Both the position numbers and the translations under genes were made by a program. 64,000 nucleotides of DNA, from positions 158,867 to 222,866 of the forward strand of contig DBHM01000027.1 of NCBI GenBank assembly GCA_002296185.1. The letters run 5' to 3'. Positions within the stretch are counted from its first letter, which is position 1; every line of letters begins with the position of its first letter. The notes beneath the pieces were generated by a model. It did no database searches. It was given only the letters and a program-made list of their open reading frames with translations, and was not told where the DNA came from. Source of the stretch: Alphaproteobacteria bacterium UBA828. GTDB lineage: Bacteria; Pseudomonadota; Alphaproteobacteria; UBA828. This document shows, one piece after another, positions 62,908 to 64,000 of this stretch.

Positions 62908-63144
62908 ATGAGTGATGATACAGCAGCCCGCGTAAGAAAGATTGTTTCCGAGCATCTTGGTGTTGATGAGGAAAAAGTTATAGAGGGCGCTAGCTTTATT
63001 GACGATCTTGGTGCTGATAGTCTCGACACAGTCGAACTAGTAATGGCCTTTGAAGAGGAATTTGGCTGTGAAATTCCTGATGATGCCGCAGAAAAGATCC
63101 TAACTGTAAAAGACGCTATTAATTTTATAGAGCAGATCTCCTAA
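62908..63144 (+). CDS. acpP: Acyl carrier protein
   Basis: 78 aa with the phosphopantetheine attachment motif LGADSLD. Confidence 0.95.
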   Translation: MSDDTAARVRKIVSEHLGVDEEKVIEGASFIDDLGADSLDTVELVMAFEEEFGCEIPDDAAEKILTVKDAINFIEQIS

Positions 63145-63232
63145 ATATAAAATTTAAGGTTACATCATATCGTTCTGTTGATGTTAAGCCTGGGGATGCT
63201 CCAAAAACTTTTTACCTCAGAGGACCTAAGTT

Positions 63233-64000
63233 TTGAGAAGGGTAGTAGTAACTGGTTTGGGTGCTGTGACGCCACTTGCAAACGGCGTTAATGAAAGCTG
63301 GTCAAGACTAGTTAACGGAGATTCTGGGGTTGCAAGTATTACTTCCTTTGATGTTTCGGATCTACCCGCCAAGATTGCTGCCCAGGTTCCAAGAGGTGAG
63401 GGGCCAGGTTTGTTTAATCCTGAGGACTATATGTCAGCAAAAGATGTCAGAAAAATGGATGATTTTATCATCTATGCTATGGGCGCTGCATTTGGGGCAA
63501 TAAAGGACTCTGGTTGGGACCCGCAAGATGATGAACAGAAGAATCGTACTGGTGTTATGATTGGCTCTGGTATTGGAGGCCTTAGAGCTATTGAGCAGGG
63601 CGCGATTTTAGTGGATGAAAAGGGCCCGCGTCGCCTGAGTCCATTCTTTATTCCTTCAAGCCTTATTAATCTTGCCTCAGGGCATGTTTCCATCGCCCAT
63701 GGATTTAGGGGTCCTAACCATGCTGTAGTTACGGCCTGCTCGACTGGTGCTCATGCGATTGGTGACGCTGCTCGATTAATTATGTTTGATGATGCGGATG
63801 TAATGGTTGCTGGTGGAGCAGAGGCTGGCGTGTGTCGACTAGGAGTTACAGGGTTTTCTGCTGCTAGAGCTCTAAGTACATCATACAATGATACCCCTGA
63901 AAAGGCATCAAGACCCTGGGATAAGGATAGGGATGGATTTGTCATGGGAGATGGATCTGGAGTTGTGGTGTTGGAGGAGTTAGAGCATGCAAAAAAACGT
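63233..64000 (+). CDS. fabF: 3-oxoacyl-ACP synthase II (partial; continues past the window end)
   Basis: TTG start followed by RRVVVTGLGAVTPLANGV... and the active-site region AVVTACSTGAHAIGDA. The frame is still open at position 64000. Confidence 0.85.
   Translation, partial: MRRVVVTGLGAVTPLANGVNESWSRLVNGDSGVASITSFDVSDLPAKIAAQVPRGEGPGLFNPEDYMSAKDVRKMDDFIIYAMGAAFGAIKDSGWDPQDDEQKNRTGVMIGSGIGGLRAIEQGAILVDEKGPRRLSPFFIPSSLINLASGHVSIAHGFRGPNHAVVTACSTGAHAIGDAARLIMFDDADVMVAGGAEAGVCRLGVTGFSAARALSTSYNDTPEKASRPWDKDRDGFVMGDGSGVVVLEELEHAKKR

Noticed and set aside
63472-63945. Minus-strand ORFs 63472..63693 and 63751..63945
   Set aside because: They lie inside the fabF coding region, which runs on the plus strand from 63233 off the end of the window.

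Overview
This 64-kb window comes from an AT-rich (about 36-40% GC in core genes), gene-dense alphaproteobacterial chromosome. Many genes overlap by 1-4 bp and there are no recognisable transposases, integrases or CRISPR arrays. Most of it is conserved housekeeping synteny: pgeF-midA-lgt-hldD, ybjN-proC, an EnvZ/OmpR-like pair with a MarR regulator, ilvE, a uvrC-pgsA-mobB-moeA-moaD-moaE operon, fhs, folB, uvrB, aatA, msrP, trxB, one tRNA-Gln, ppx-rlmE-guaB-guaA, gcrA, yfgM-bamB-der, radA, mlaEF, alr, dnaB, cfa, rpsF-rpsR-rplI and fabD-fabG-acpP-fabF. The unusual part is a compositional mosaic directly downstream of guaA (32.3-39.7 kb). A roughly 3.5-kb high-GC (about 50-58%) block encodes a dihydropyrimidinase and an IlvD/EDD-family dehydratase. 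It is followed immediately by a roughly 3.9-kb very low-GC (about 25-30%) block with three co-oriented genes: a small Cys-motif membrane protein, a COG3046-type cryptochrome/photolyase-related protein that seems to lack the usual Fe-S cysteines, and a 470-aa orphan protein with no recognisable domain. Downstream of that is a small accessory-looking metabolic cluster (flavin reductase, HDAC-like amidohydrolase, DMT transporter, aldehyde dehydrogenase, lipoprotein hydrolase). Several long intergenic spacers carry hairpins or palindromes and could hide small RNAs.
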